Origin: a virus
Strand: one strand, 5' to 3'
Virus record (IMG/VR): IMGVR_UViG_3300048762_000248
Coordinates: 1 to 54,567 of that record
DNA length: 54,567 nucleotides
The stretch's first letter is position 1. The number at the start of each line of letters is the position of its first letter. The notes under the pieces were generated by a model. That model did no database searches. It was not told the origin of the DNA and was given only the letters and a program-made list of their open reading frames with translations. This document shows, piece by piece, positions 27,763-36,321 of the stretch. A program made the translations under genes and the position numbers.

Positions 27763-28275
27763 ATGTCTGAATATCATTTAGCGTCAAACAAATACGAAGG
27801 TAAACCTTGTGTAAAATGTACCAAGACACTTAGATATACGAAGAATAAGAAGTGTGTTGAGTGCCGAGTTGCAAGTGCTCAATCATGGGTGAAAGCAAAT
27901 CCAGAACGTAAACGCAAAAATACTCAAAATTGGTATAGAGTGAATTTGGAACAGCAGCGGGAATACAATAAACAACGTAATAAAGATCCTAAGATAAAGC
28001 GTAGTAAGAAAAACTCAGACCTGAAGCGCAAATATGGAATAACGACTCAAGACTTCGACAAATTATGGTTCCTACAAAAAGGATTGTGTGCTATCTGTAA
28101 TATTCCTATGTTAATGTATGGCAAAGAAAACGATAGTGTGTGTATCGATCACAACCACACAACGGGCAAAATTCGTGGTCTCTTATGTTCTCAACATAAC
28201 CGGGCTATTGGATTGCTTCAAGATAATACAACATATCTTCGCAACGCAATTGCATACTTAGAAACCGTTGAATAG
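27763..28275 (+). CDS. HNH homing endonuclease (endonuclease VII-like)
   Basis: GGAGG RBS; CAICNIP...CIDHNHTTGKIRGLLCSQHNRAIG motif; N-terminal CVKC...CVEC zinc finger. Confidence 0.75.
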   Translation: MSEYHLASNKYEGKPCVKCTKTLRYTKNKKCVECRVASAQSWVKANPERKRKNTQNWYRVNLEQQREYNKQRNKDPKIKRSKKNSDLKRKYGITTQDFDKLWFLQKGLCAICNIPMLMYGKENDSVCIDHNHTTGKIRGLLCSQHNRAIGLLQDNTTYLRNAIAYLETVE

Positions 28276-28456
28276 CTATTTCGTTGGTTTGGGAACGGCG
28301 ATGTATTCGTACCGGGCCGATGAACGCTTCTTCATTGTTGTGATAGCAGCTTTAGCTTCGACATCTGTATCATAATTATTGATGATTCTTACATTTCCAT
28401 GAATGTCAATTGCCCGGACTTGATACTGATAGATTTCCATATCTGTATTTAGAATC

Positions 28457-28500
28457 GGAAAAGCGGACCCACTCGAAAGTGAAGATCCGCTTTTCTTTTC
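28457..28500. terminator. bidirectional hairpin terminator
   Basis: GGAAAAGCGGA-loop-TCCGCTTTTCTTTTC; T-runs on both strands; lies between convergent HNH and gene-32-like genes. Confidence 0.5.
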
Positions 28501-28509
28501 GGCTGTTAC

Positions 28510-29487
28510 TTAGTTTTGTTCTGCGTTTGCGGCGAGCTTTGCAAAGTAGTCTTCTTCATCGTCTGATGGTGCAACTACTGCTGCTTTTGGTGCTGGTGTT
28601 GCGGCTTTCTCGGCGGGCTTAGTCTTTGGCTTTGCCTTCGGCTTTACAACTGGCATATCGCCGTCGTCTTCATCTAACGGTGGCTTTTCGTCGTTAGCTT
28701 CCGTTTCTGCTACCGGAGCTTCTTCCGATACTACACCACCTGTTACTAAATCAAAGCGTTTCTTTAAGTCGTCAAAACTCTTGAAGTGCTTTGGATCTAG
28801 GATTTCTTCGAGCGAGAACAACAGACCTTCAATTTCCGCTCTACGATCTTCGTCACCAAGTATCGACGGATTGTCAAAGCTTGATTTATCGTAGTTTGGA
28901 AATCCGTCAACACGGGTAACACGCAATTTGAAATTTGCGCCTTCTTCCATGTCAAACGGATCAACTGGAGCCATATCAGGAAATTCATCTGGCGGGGCAA
29001 TTTGATCTTTGATTTTTTCGAAGATCTTCTTGCCGTACTTGTAGAGGAATACCTTACCGTTGTTTTCCGAATGCTTCGGATCGTTGACCACCAAGATGTT
29101 GGAAATGTAATTCAGCTTGCGCTTGCGGCTGGAAGCTAGTTTTTTCTTTGCTTCGTTGCCAGTGTTCCACAACTCTGTGTTAGCCTTGCATACAGGACAG
29201 TTTTGTTCAATTGACGTTGGGCAAGAATCTATAAACCATTTGCCAGTAGGCCCTTGAAATCCATGACTCCAAAGTTGAACAAATGGAAATCCTTCTTCCG
29301 GCTTGGCACAAAGAAAACGGATAACTGCGGAACCGGAACCGGCCTTGTCTACTTCGGGCTTCCAATATCTTTCATCATCTTGTCTTTGGGAACTCTTAGG
29401 AGAGGACATCTCTTGGATTTTTGAGCGAAGAGAAGCCAAATATTGGGTGCGTGATGCTTTACTACGTGTTATGTTTGTATTTGTCAT
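28510..29487 (-). CDS. single-stranded DNA-binding protein, T4 gp32 family
   Basis: GSAVIRFLCAKPEE, PFVQLWSHGF, GKWFIDSC, NYISNILVVNDPKHSENNGKVFLYKYGKKIFEKI, EGANFKLRVTRVDGFPNYDKSSF align block-for-block with T4 gp32; acidic C-terminal tail. Confidence 0.8.
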   Translation of the reverse strand: MTNTNITRSKASRTQYLASLRSKIQEMSSPKSSQRQDDERYWKPEVDKAGSGSAVIRFLCAKPEEGFPFVQLWSHGFQGPTGKWFIDSCPTSIEQNCPVCKANTELWNTGNEAKKKLASSRKRKLNYISNILVVNDPKHSENNGKVFLYKYGKKIFEKIKDQIAPPDEFPDMAPVDPFDMEEGANFKLRVTRVDGFPNYDKSSFDNPSILGDEDRRAEIEGLLFSLEEILDPKHFKSFDDLKKRFDLVTGGVVSEEAPVAETEANDEKPPLDEDDGDMPVVKPKAKPKTKPAEKAATPAPKAAVVAPSDDEEDYFAKLAANAEQN

Positions 29488-29576
29488 ATGCGTTGTGTAT
29501 CTCTTATATTGTTTTTATGGTATTCCATCCTTTCTGCACGTCATTTCGGCGTGCTTTCATGATTTAAGACCAACCA

Positions 29577-29584
29577 TATTTATA
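29577..29584 (-). promoter_or_regulatory. T4 late-promoter-like TATAAATA box
   Basis: exact TATAAATA on minus strand about 90 nt upstream of gene-32-like ATG. Confidence 0.35.
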
Positions 29585-29642
29585 CTCTATCATCGATCTG
29601 AAATCTGTCAAGTTTTACTGTTTTGCCAGCTTGTTAAACAGA

Positions 29643-30326
29643 TCATCTATCGCTCGTTTCTTGGCTGTCATACGAGTAGTTTTTGGTGTCATAGTGAGTA
29701 ACTCCCATTTCAATTTCACTCACGGCATGTTGAATGGCTGCACTCAGATCCGCAATATTGATATTTAGCCGTTCGAGGAAAGGACGATATTTGAGAGTCT
29801 TGTTTTTTACAAGCATCCAATTTCTATCATCAGAAAGTTTTTCGTCCATCTTTGGAATGAAGTTAAGACACAAATCGAGAATCACAAAGGATTCCAAAGA
29901 TAGGTCGCCACGCATGTGTGCTTTAAGAATCTCTGGGTGTTCATGCTCATTGCATCTGAAGAGATTGTTGAAACTACTTTCTTCTTCGAGAAGATGTTGA
30001 ATTTCGTTGATGATGTTGTAAGTGAGAGATTGGACCCGGCCTTGCCACCGAAGGTAAACATTATCTGCATCACCGCCAAAAAGTGTGCCTACCCACACAC
30101 GCTTTTTTGCTTCAATGAGATTGGACACTATGAAATTTTCGAGTTCTTCTTTCGTGGGGAATTTGTGGGCCAGTCGTTCATACCTGTACTTCTCGTCCTG
30201 GCGCTTTTTATCGTAGGTTTCTTGTTTGATTGGAACACTACCTTTGTATTTGAAATAATCATAATTGTTTGAGAAGAAGTGATTGTTAAGTGCGAGAAAG
30301 AGATGGCAAACATTAAAGCCGGTCAT
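29643..30326 (-). CDS. helicase loader, T4 gp59 family
   Basis: FIVSNLIEAKKRVWVG...YLRWQGRVQSL and SFVILDLCLNFIPKMDE resemble gp59 blocks; directly upstream of gp32 homolog as in T4. Confidence 0.6.
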   Translation of the reverse strand: MTGFNVCHLFLALNNHFFSNNYDYFKYKGSVPIKQETYDKKRQDEKYRYERLAHKFPTKEELENFIVSNLIEAKKRVWVGTLFGGDADNVYLRWQGRVQSLTYNIINEIQHLLEEESSFNNLFRCNEHEHPEILKAHMRGDLSLESFVILDLCLNFIPKMDEKLSDDRNWMLVKNKTLKYRPFLERLNINIADLSAAIQHAVSEIEMGVTHYDTKNYSYDSQETSDR

Positions 30327-30365
30327 GTGGGTTAGATGTTGAAATTATTAAATCCTTTATTTTCA

Positions 30366-30695
30366 TCAAAATGGAAGACGATTTCGTCTCAAAATCATGT
30401 GCCGGTCCTGCCATTCCCTTCCCATTTTTTCTTTTATTGTTGGACTAAGATAAGATGCGGCAAGATCCGGCTCGATCTTACGGCGATCAGCTATGATTAA
30501 CACGGCATCTACGTATCCAAGTCTTGATGTTTTGCACCCGTGTTCGGCTTCTCGTTCATCTGCTTTCTTATCATTCTCTCTGATAAGAGCTTCGACTTCG
30601 GCGCAGAATCGGGTACAATTTTCTATATGAAGAGCATCTTGCGGTAGTTGTTGTCTGACTGCCATGGTTCCGCTCCACTTTGTATTTAGGAGCAC
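30366..30695 (-). CDS. hypothetical protein
   Basis: 109-aa ORF upstream of gp59-like gene. Confidence 0.35.
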   Translation of the reverse strand: MLLNTKWSGTMAVRQQLPQDALHIENCTRFCAEVEALIRENDKKADEREAEHGCKTSRLGYVDAVLIIADRRKIEPDLAASYLSPTIKEKMGREWQDRHMILRRNRLPF

Positions 30696-30821
30696 AATAC
30701 TATTTAACCATGAAAATTAGATTTGTCAAGCAGGTAAGATTTTGTTACATCGATTGGCAATAACCAAGATCTTTCGCCATAACAGCTTCACCAGCATTGA
30801 TGGGTGGTTGATTTGGGTTTT

Positions 30822-31091
30822 TCATATGTATCGTAGTCCCATGTCCATGTTGTTGTCGATGGCGAGTTGTTTGACCAGCTTCGCCAGATTGACAGCATCT
30901 TCATTGCGAAGATCGTGCCGGGACTCAGCGTAGCCCATCTGCGCCTTAAGCATTGCGCTCCAGAAAGCCTGTTGGAGTGTGCGGTGTTCGCTGCGAACCG
31001 TATCCAGAATTGCGATGGCAATTTCTCGCTGATTGCCGCCGTTCAATTCGTCCAAGATAGTCTGTATGGCTTCTTTCACTTTGGTGTTCAT
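30822..31091 (-). CDS. hypothetical protein
   Basis: 89-aa helical ORF. Confidence 0.35.
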   Translation of the reverse strand: MNTKVKEAIQTILDELNGGNQREIAIAILDTVRSEHRTLQQAFWSAMLKAQMGYAESRHDLRNEDAVNLAKLVKQLAIDNNMDMGLRYI

Positions 31092-31097
31092 GATTTC

Positions 31098-31412
31098 CTA
31101 TCTACGGCGGCGGCTGCGAATCCCCAAAAAGCTAAGAAAAATGCGACCAACTTTGCGTTGAATGCCGCCGTAGGTTGCACCGCAAAAACAGCAGCAATCG
31201 GAATATTTGAGTTTGCCTCCGCATTGCGTGCAAAAAGACGAGTCAAAAACGAGTTGAATTCCACACCACTTACAGAAATTGTTGGTCACTGGGTTTCTTC
31301 TTTCTTTTGAGCAGCGCCCCAACCTTTCGCCCATGCTCTTATTTAGAGTTTGAATGACCAAAGTAGGGATTGTCGAAGAAACTAACTCCGGCTTTGTAGT
31401 CTTCAACGCCAC
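31098..31412 (-). CDS. zinc-ribbon hypothetical protein (start uncertain)
   Basis: CKWCG...CTQCGG...CCCFCG Cys pairs. Confidence 0.25.
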   Translation of the reverse strand: MALKTTKPELVSSTIPTLVIQTLNKSMGERLGRCSKERRNPVTNNFCKWCGIQLVFDSSFCTQCGGKLKYSDCCCFCGATYGGIQRKVGRIFLSFLGIRSRRRR

Positions 31413-31433
31413 GCTCGTAAGCTTCGCAGTGCT

Positions 31434-31817
31434 TCATACCTTCACTCCCTTGCGTTCGTACTGATCTTTCAGGACTTGGTAAGCGCTTTGCACGGCGAGA
31501 AATTTTTCGTTGTCGCCATGCGGTTCGCCGTTGCGCTCTTCGGGATAAAACTCGGCTACCAGTTTGCGCCATGCCGTTTTGATTTCGGCCCACTGATCGG
31601 AACCGATTCGTGCGCTCCAGCCAACCGGAAGCGTGTCGCCAAACAGAATGAACAGCGGAGATTTTTTTCCGACTCGCTCTTTGGCTTCGTCCAGGCTCAT
31701 CGTGAATCGGAACGCAGAGCGCCACTGATGAGCGTTGCCAAAACCTTCCACTTCGGGATCGTAGGTTCGATAGCCGTCGAGGAAATTCCGTTTCGGTTTG
31801 GTAGATTTCGTTCTCAT
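31434..31817 (-). CDS. hypothetical protein with degenerate J-domain-like segment
   Basis: KLVAEFYPEERNGEPHGDNEKFLAVQSAYQVLKD resembles DnaJ J-domain helix II-III but HPD is replaced by HGD. Confidence 0.3.
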   Translation of the reverse strand: MRTKSTKPKRNFLDGYRTYDPEVEGFGNAHQWRSAFRFTMSLDEAKERVGKKSPLFILFGDTLPVGWSARIGSDQWAEIKTAWRKLVAEFYPEERNGEPHGDNEKFLAVQSAYQVLKDQYERKGVKV

Positions 31818-32180
31818 AATCCTATTCTCTCACAATTGCGTCAGGAAGTCAATAGATACATCTTATTTGTTGTCCCAAAACAACTCTCTGATGGTGTGGC
31901 AGTGAAAGACGGGCTGGCCGATGTACCAGGGCGTTTGTGGATCGTCTTCGTCTTCAAAGTAGCGGTTTCCGAATTTTTCGTCTCCAAAGATTTCCATACG
32001 GTTCTCCTAAAGTCGCACATCCGTCAAGATGCGTCGAATGTTTTCCGATGCGGTTTCCCGGCCTTGAAGGGTTTCCAGGCGAACCATGTCTCGATAGAGC
32101 CGGTCTTTGACCGCACAAATTTCTTGGTATTTCGTTGGCGGTTGCTCTTTCTTTTTGGGCCAGAAACGCATTTGATTCTC

Positions 32181-32402
32181 CTAGTCGTTGCGAAGTTTGA
32201 AAAGCTCGATCTCTCCACGGATGAATTCCCGGCTGCGAAGAACTTCCGCCGCCAGCGCTTTGACTTCTTCCGGCGACAAGTGGTCTACACCAAATCCGTA
32301 GACCACGATGTCTTTTAATTTTGCGTCTGAGATTTTAAGCATTTTAGCACACGCTTCTAAAATTATTTTGCAAAGCGACCATTTGTGAAAGTCGGTATTC
32401 AT
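32181..32402 (-). CDS. hypothetical protein
   Basis: 73-aa ORF. Confidence 0.25.
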   Translation of the reverse strand: MNTDFHKWSLCKIILEACAKMLKISDAKLKDIVVYGFGVDHLSPEEVKALAAEVLRSREFIRGEIELFKLRND

Positions 32403-32622
32403 CTCTTCGCAACTTCCGAATCGCTTTTGCCAGCGCCTTCGCCTTAATCTCTTCCGGCGACATCAATTTGGCCATTTTACCGGCCTCCAGCAATCTGGAC
32501 TTCAAAAGGCTGCTCGTGGCAGGGCAGAGAAAGACATGAGAGGTGCTTGCAATAGCGGCGGGTTCTCCACGCCATACATGAGCAACCCCAATGGCGATGC
32601 TCCATGTTCTGAGACACGACAT
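32344..32622 (-). CDS. hypothetical protein
   Basis: 92-aa ORF overlapping neighbours; start uncertain. Confidence 0.25.
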   Translation of the reverse strand: MSCLRTWSIAIGVAHVWRGEPAAIASTSHVFLCPATSSLLKSRLLEAGKMAKLMSPEEIKAKALAKAIRKLRRDEYRLSQMVALQNNFRSVC

Positions 32623-32734
32623 AAACCCGGTCGCTGGTTTCGGAGTGAATCTCGAACCGATTGGTCCAACCTCTCAAATCAGGTAGCTTTTGCGAGTCGG
32701 ATGGGATGTGAAGGATCATTCCGTTGTTTTTCAT
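32477..32734 (-). CDS. SWIM zinc-finger protein
   Basis: WGCSCMAWRTRRYCKHL matches CxCxnCxH SWIM signature. Confidence 0.4.
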   Translation of the reverse strand: MKNNGMILHIPSDSQKLPDLRGWTNRFEIHSETSDRVYVVSQNMEHRHWGCSCMAWRTRRYCKHLSCLSLPCHEQPFEVQIAGGR

Positions 32735-32895
32735 AATCTAAGCATACCAAATTTAGGCTTCGTTTGTCAATAGATGCATCTATTTTATTTTGATGGCGTT
32801 TCTGATGACTTTCGGACAGTCCCTACCGCATATTACCAGGACTGCGCTTGCGATGCGCTGGAGGGCTTCCTAACGCCAGGAATGGGTGTTTTAAA

Positions 32896-32972
32896 TGGAG
32901 CCGCCAGCCAGGATTGAACTGGCATCTTATCAGTACCGATGATAAATCCTACCACATTTGAACGATAGCGGC
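32896..32972 (-). tRNA. tRNA (anticodon GGU, Thr, if 7-nt loop TCGGTAC), CCA encoded
   Basis: acceptor GCCGCTA/TGGCGGC (one G-U), D-stem GTTC/GGAT, anticodon stem TATCA/TGATA, T-arm GCCAG-TTCAATC-CTGGC, TCCA end; position 33 is C so anticodon assignment is tentative. Confidence 0.6.
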
Positions 32973-33047
32973 TGGAGCCGATTCTGGGATTTGAACCCAA
33001 ATCTCATCTTTACGAGAGATGTATCTTACCATTGGAACGAAATCGGC
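32973..33047 (-). tRNA. tRNA-Thr (anticodon CGU), CCA encoded
   Basis: acceptor GCCGATT/AATCGGC perfect, anticodon stem CATCT/AGATG with loop CTCGTAA (U33, CGT, A37), T-arm TTGGG-TTCAAAT-CCCAG, discriminator U + CCA; its CCA abuts the 5' end of the next tRNA with no spacer. Confidence 0.7.
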
Positions 33048-33124
33048 AGAAAAGGAATTGGACGGCTTTATGCCGTCTTGGTAGTTGACGTGCTGGTGAG
33101 GGTGATAAGCATTTTTTCAGAGAG

Positions 33125-33149
33125 GGCCGGTTTCCCGGCCCTTTTGGGA
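33125..33149 (+). terminator. GC-rich hairpin GGGCCGG-TTTC-CCGGCCC followed by TTTT
   Basis: perfect 7-bp GC stem and T-run on plus strand; no convincing plus-strand gene upstream, so function uncertain. Confidence 0.4.
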
Positions 33150-33298
33150 GTTCTTTAACAAAGTTCTCCGACTTCGTGACAGCCTAAGCCGCCATTGCAT
33201 AACTGTTATAGTTAGCGTTTAATGTTCTTCCTTTGTTTCGGGTAGAAAGAACCCGATAAGCCCCGCTTTCACCGCTTTTCTTCAATCGAATTCCTGTT

Positions 33299-33403
33299 GT
33301 GCCCCACCGGAATGCTTTAGAAGCCCATCCCCTGGAAGATTATCTGGGATTCCAGGAACTTCTCATCTAAAGCATTCGGGTGGAGCACTAGGGACTTGAA
33401 CCC
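33299..33403 (-). ncRNA. tRNA-like T-arm (GGGTTCAAGTCCC) fused to a 25-bp imperfect hairpin with nested 7-bp stem
   Basis: minus-strand RNA ...AAGGGTTCAAGTCCCTA-GTGCTCCACCCGAATGCTTTAGATG...CATCTAAAGCATTCCGGTGGGGCAC; no canonical acceptor/anticodon arms could be folded. Confidence 0.35.
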
Positions 33404-33452
33404 TTATCTTGAAGACGCTCATTAGGCATCGACATATTGCTTACTCTCTATT

Positions 33453-33460
33453 TATAGCAT
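33453..33460 (-). promoter_or_regulatory. T4 late-promoter-like TATAAATA box upstream of tRNA region
   Basis: minus-strand TATAAATAGAGAGTAAGC... about 50 nt upstream of the tRNA-like element and 400 nt upstream of the tRNA pair. Confidence 0.4.
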
Positions 33461-33473
33461 GTGGTTCACACAA

Positions 33474-34111
33474 TGTCAAGTATAGATATTTTCATGATAA
33501 AGACCCTTGTCGTAGATTGGAATTCTTTGGATGAGTTGAAGAAGCTCTTAAATCAGGTAAAGAGTCGTTATTGCGAACTAGCCAAAGGCGGGCGTCCGTC
33601 AAGACGAGAGCATAATCGACAGATTTTTGATGCTTGCACTACAATACTAAACACTGACATCTCTGCTCTTTATTCAGATCTTCAATTAGATCCGTTGCCA
33701 ATTTATTATGTGTATGCCCATTTGGACGGCAGTAAAAAAGTTGCTGTAGGATTTCATGGCTTGACGACCTTTGCCGCCACGCTTGGAATGACATATCGTC
33801 CCTTTTATATCGGCAAGGGAACTGGAGACCGTTGCTACGACATAAGCAGAAACGAAACACATCGTAAAGTAGGTCAAAAATTAATGAAGCTCGGTAAAAC
33901 ACCAATTGTGCATAAAGTGAAAGAAGGATTATCGGAAAGTGAAGCCTTGCAACTTGAAGCCAAACTTATAGATGTGTTCGGATTACTTCCCCAATCTGGA
34001 TATTTGAGCAACCTTGATGAAGGATACAATCCCACCCAAAGACGCCAGTTATATTTAGAGTCTTTTTTGGTATTGAGAGATATCAATAGAGCAATGTACG
34101 CCGCTACTTAA
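33474..34111 (+). CDS. GIY-YIG homing endonuclease
   Basis: IYYVYAHLDGSKKVAVGFHG...RPFYIGKGTGDRCYDISRNETHRK GIY-YIG core; ATG 33474 preferred over GTG 33461. Confidence 0.6.
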
Positions 34112-34722
34112 AAACTGAAAACGTAGCCCACGCTTGAAGTTGTGTACCACGGGAACGACATCACTTTGTTCAACATCTCTTGAACCCAAATTGAATTGTG
34201 CCGGTTGATGTGAATAGCGATGCCGCCAGCCACGCCAAGATAGAGTCGGTTTTCTAAGAACTGGCTGTATGTGGCTTTGGATGGACCTCCGTTATCGTGG
34301 AGCCTTTTTAGGCGTTCATTGCCGGTCAAGGTTGTGTTGCCGATCATAGGATTGGTGTAAAATGTCACCTTGTCCCAATCGCCGCCCTTCTTGACAATAA
34401 CATTTTTCAAAAGATTGAAGTTCTTCATAATGCCTAAAGTTACAGTATGTGCTCCGTATTTTGTATGGAAGAATCCGTGGGAGCCGCCATTTTCGTAGGT
34501 GTAGGCAAATGTGACTTCATCACCAAACGGATCTTTATTGAGAAAATCGAATGTATGACCGATGCCGATATTCAAGTTAACACGGGGCAGGTTTCCTGGA
34601 CGGACAAAATCAGAACCGCCCATTACGAATACATCCATGCTGGTGCTGGCAGGTGCAACCATCGTAAATTGAGCGAAGGCAATGCTGGAAAGAAAAAGCA
34701 GTGTGAAAAGTAGTTTTCTCAT
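34108..34722 (-). CDS. outer-membrane beta-barrel protein, Lom/OmpX/Ail-like (8-strand class by size)
   Basis: signal peptide MRKLLFTLLFLSSIAFA-QF, alternating hydrophobic pattern, C-terminal aromatic ...VGYVFSF typical of BAM-inserted barrels, 204 aa. Confidence 0.5.
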   Translation of the reverse strand: MRKLLFTLLFLSSIAFAQFTMVAPASTSMDVFVMGGSDFVRPGNLPRVNLNIGIGHTFDFLNKDPFGDEVTFAYTYENGGSHGFFHTKYGAHTVTLGIMKNFNLLKNVIVKKGGDWDKVTFYTNPMIGNTTLTGNERLKRLHDNGGPSKATYSQFLENRLYLGVAGGIAIHINRHNSIWVQEMLNKVMSFPWYTTSSVGYVFSF

Positions 34723-34769
34723 ACCTTCAGTATATCACTTTTTGGTGGTGCTTTCTATTATTGAATAAA

Positions 34770-34777
34770 TATAAATA
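34770..34777 (+). promoter_or_regulatory. TATAAATA box 5 nt before ATG 34783
   Basis: exact TATAAATA then TTTTT then ATG. Confidence 0.3.
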
Positions 34778-34782
34778 TTTTT

Positions 34783-35262
34783 ATGGCTACAAAACAATGT
34801 GTAAAATGCACTCAACTTAAGAGATTAGACTGTCAATTTATTGATGCGTGTCCGCACCGCATCGAGACTGTACTGAATACCAGAATCAATGGTGTGGACA
34901 AAGCAATCTCTGATTTGGATAGAGTAATGACTTTAGCAATTGAAGAGTTGGAAAAACGATTCAACGAAAATACTGAGTCTATTCAACAATCTACTATCCT
35001 AAAAGCCGAAGTGATCGAAAAAAGACTTGAGTCCATGAACGAATTTCGCAACGCATTGTCTGACCAATCCAAGACTTTTTATACGATGCCGCAACACGAA
35101 ATATTCGCAAAAATGATTGAAGCCGATCTTAGAATCTTGAGAGAAGCCAGAGCCGAACAAGCGGGCATGGCAAAGCAATCATCGGTTATGTGGGCGTTTG
35201 CTTGCTCTGGTATCGCTGCGGTTTGCTCTATCGTCGCTATGATTCTGCACTTTGTGAAGTAG
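34783..35262 (+). CDS. coiled-coil protein with C-terminal transmembrane anchor
   Basis: N-terminal CVKC...C...C zinc knuckle, long helical region, C-terminal VMWAFACSGIAAVCSIVAMILHF. Confidence 0.4.
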   Translation: MATKQCVKCTQLKRLDCQFIDACPHRIETVLNTRINGVDKAISDLDRVMTLAIEELEKRFNENTESIQQSTILKAEVIEKRLESMNEFRNALSDQSKTFYTMPQHEIFAKMIEADLRILREARAEQAGMAKQSSVMWAFACSGIAAVCSIVAMILHFVK

Positions 35263-35264
35263 TT

Positions 35265-36269
35265 TCATATCGTTGATCCGATCAGCTTCATCGTAAGATT
35301 GTGAATGGCTTCATGGTCAGGTTCATCCGGCAACGGAGAAGTCTTAAGCGCTTCTTTCGCTTCAGCAAATAGATCGTCAGCTAATTTTTTCCCATCTTCT
35401 TGTGATAATGCTCCTGTGCGAATGGAGTAGAGAAAATCTGCGTCAATTCCTTTGCGATAAACCTTAAGACCTTCTTCCGGTTGACGTAAAAATTCAACAC
35501 ACATCTTCATCAAACGAATGCAATGAAATAAGAATTTTGTGTCGAATCCATATTGCTCTCGAAGAGCTTTTCTTTTCGCACCCATGCGCCCGGTAATCGG
35601 TCCATCTTTGATGCGCTTGGACTCTTCTTTGGAATGGCTGCGGAGAGCGATGAGAGCATTCAAGTAGCCCTCATCGTACTCTATCGGCCCGTACACATGG
35701 ATGCACGAAACCAATTCGGGTGCGGTCATATCGTAGATCGAAATTTTTTTGTCACGAACGTCTCGTTGAAACTTGATCTGATCGTCAGCCCATTCTTGAA
35801 ATCTTTGATGACCGGCCTTCAGGAGCTTGTTCGGTTCTTCGGCGTCGTTGAACACGCCGCCCATTTTCTGGAGTTGGGCGTGTGCGTATCCGCTGAATGT
35901 GTGGCAGACATTTTTTGAGTTGAAGATGTTGCGATTTTTTAGAAGCAATTCACCTTGCGGCGTCATGACTTCATAATGCTGCGGGTCCAGCCACAAAAGT
36001 GGAATGGCGTTGGGATTCATGTTTTCCAATAATCCCATGAACTTCTTTAGCTCAAAGTAGCGATGTTCAACCAAACCCTTTACTGGATCTTCGTAGACAT
36101 CATCTTTGGTTCCGGCATTACCCCAATTATCGAGACCAAGATACACATCTGGAGAAGCGATAACAATGCTCATGTAATCAAAATCTGAAGTTGGAGTTGC
36201 CGTTCCATAGGAATGGCTTCCAATCACTCCAGTAAGGATTGTGGTATCTTTTTCATCGGGTTTTGCCAT
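35265..36269 (-). CDS. nucleotidyltransferase, Pol-beta superfamily
   Basis: GVIGSHSYGTATPTSDFDYM = hG[GS]-x9-13-DhD NTase motif; about 200-aa helical C-terminal domain. Confidence 0.5.
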   Translation of the reverse strand: MAKPDEKDTTILTGVIGSHSYGTATPTSDFDYMSIVIASPDVYLGLDNWGNAGTKDDVYEDPVKGLVEHRYFELKKFMGLLENMNPNAIPLLWLDPQHYEVMTPQGELLLKNRNIFNSKNVCHTFSGYAHAQLQKMGGVFNDAEEPNKLLKAGHQRFQEWADDQIKFQRDVRDKKISIYDMTAPELVSCIHVYGPIEYDEGYLNALIALRSHSKEESKRIKDGPITGRMGAKRKALREQYGFDTKFLFHCIRLMKMCVEFLRQPEEGLKVYRKGIDADFLYSIRTGALSQEDGKKLADDLFAEAKEALKTSPLPDEPDHEAIHNLTMKLIGSTI

Positions 36270-36321
36270 AAATTATATAATAACACAGATACAATCTAGT
36301 TGTCAACAGTTCAGACTAAAT

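Noticed and set aside
31476-32318. 280-aa plus-strand ORF
   Set aside because: It runs antisense across four or five short minus-strand genes in a minus-strand block. It has no motif and an unusual Phe/Val-rich composition typical of antisense frames.
33381-33460. Canonical third tRNA around the GGGTTCAAGTCCC T-arm
   Set aside because: No complementary 5' acceptor strand or D/anticodon arms could be found for any plausible 3' end. It is kept only as a tRNA-like element.
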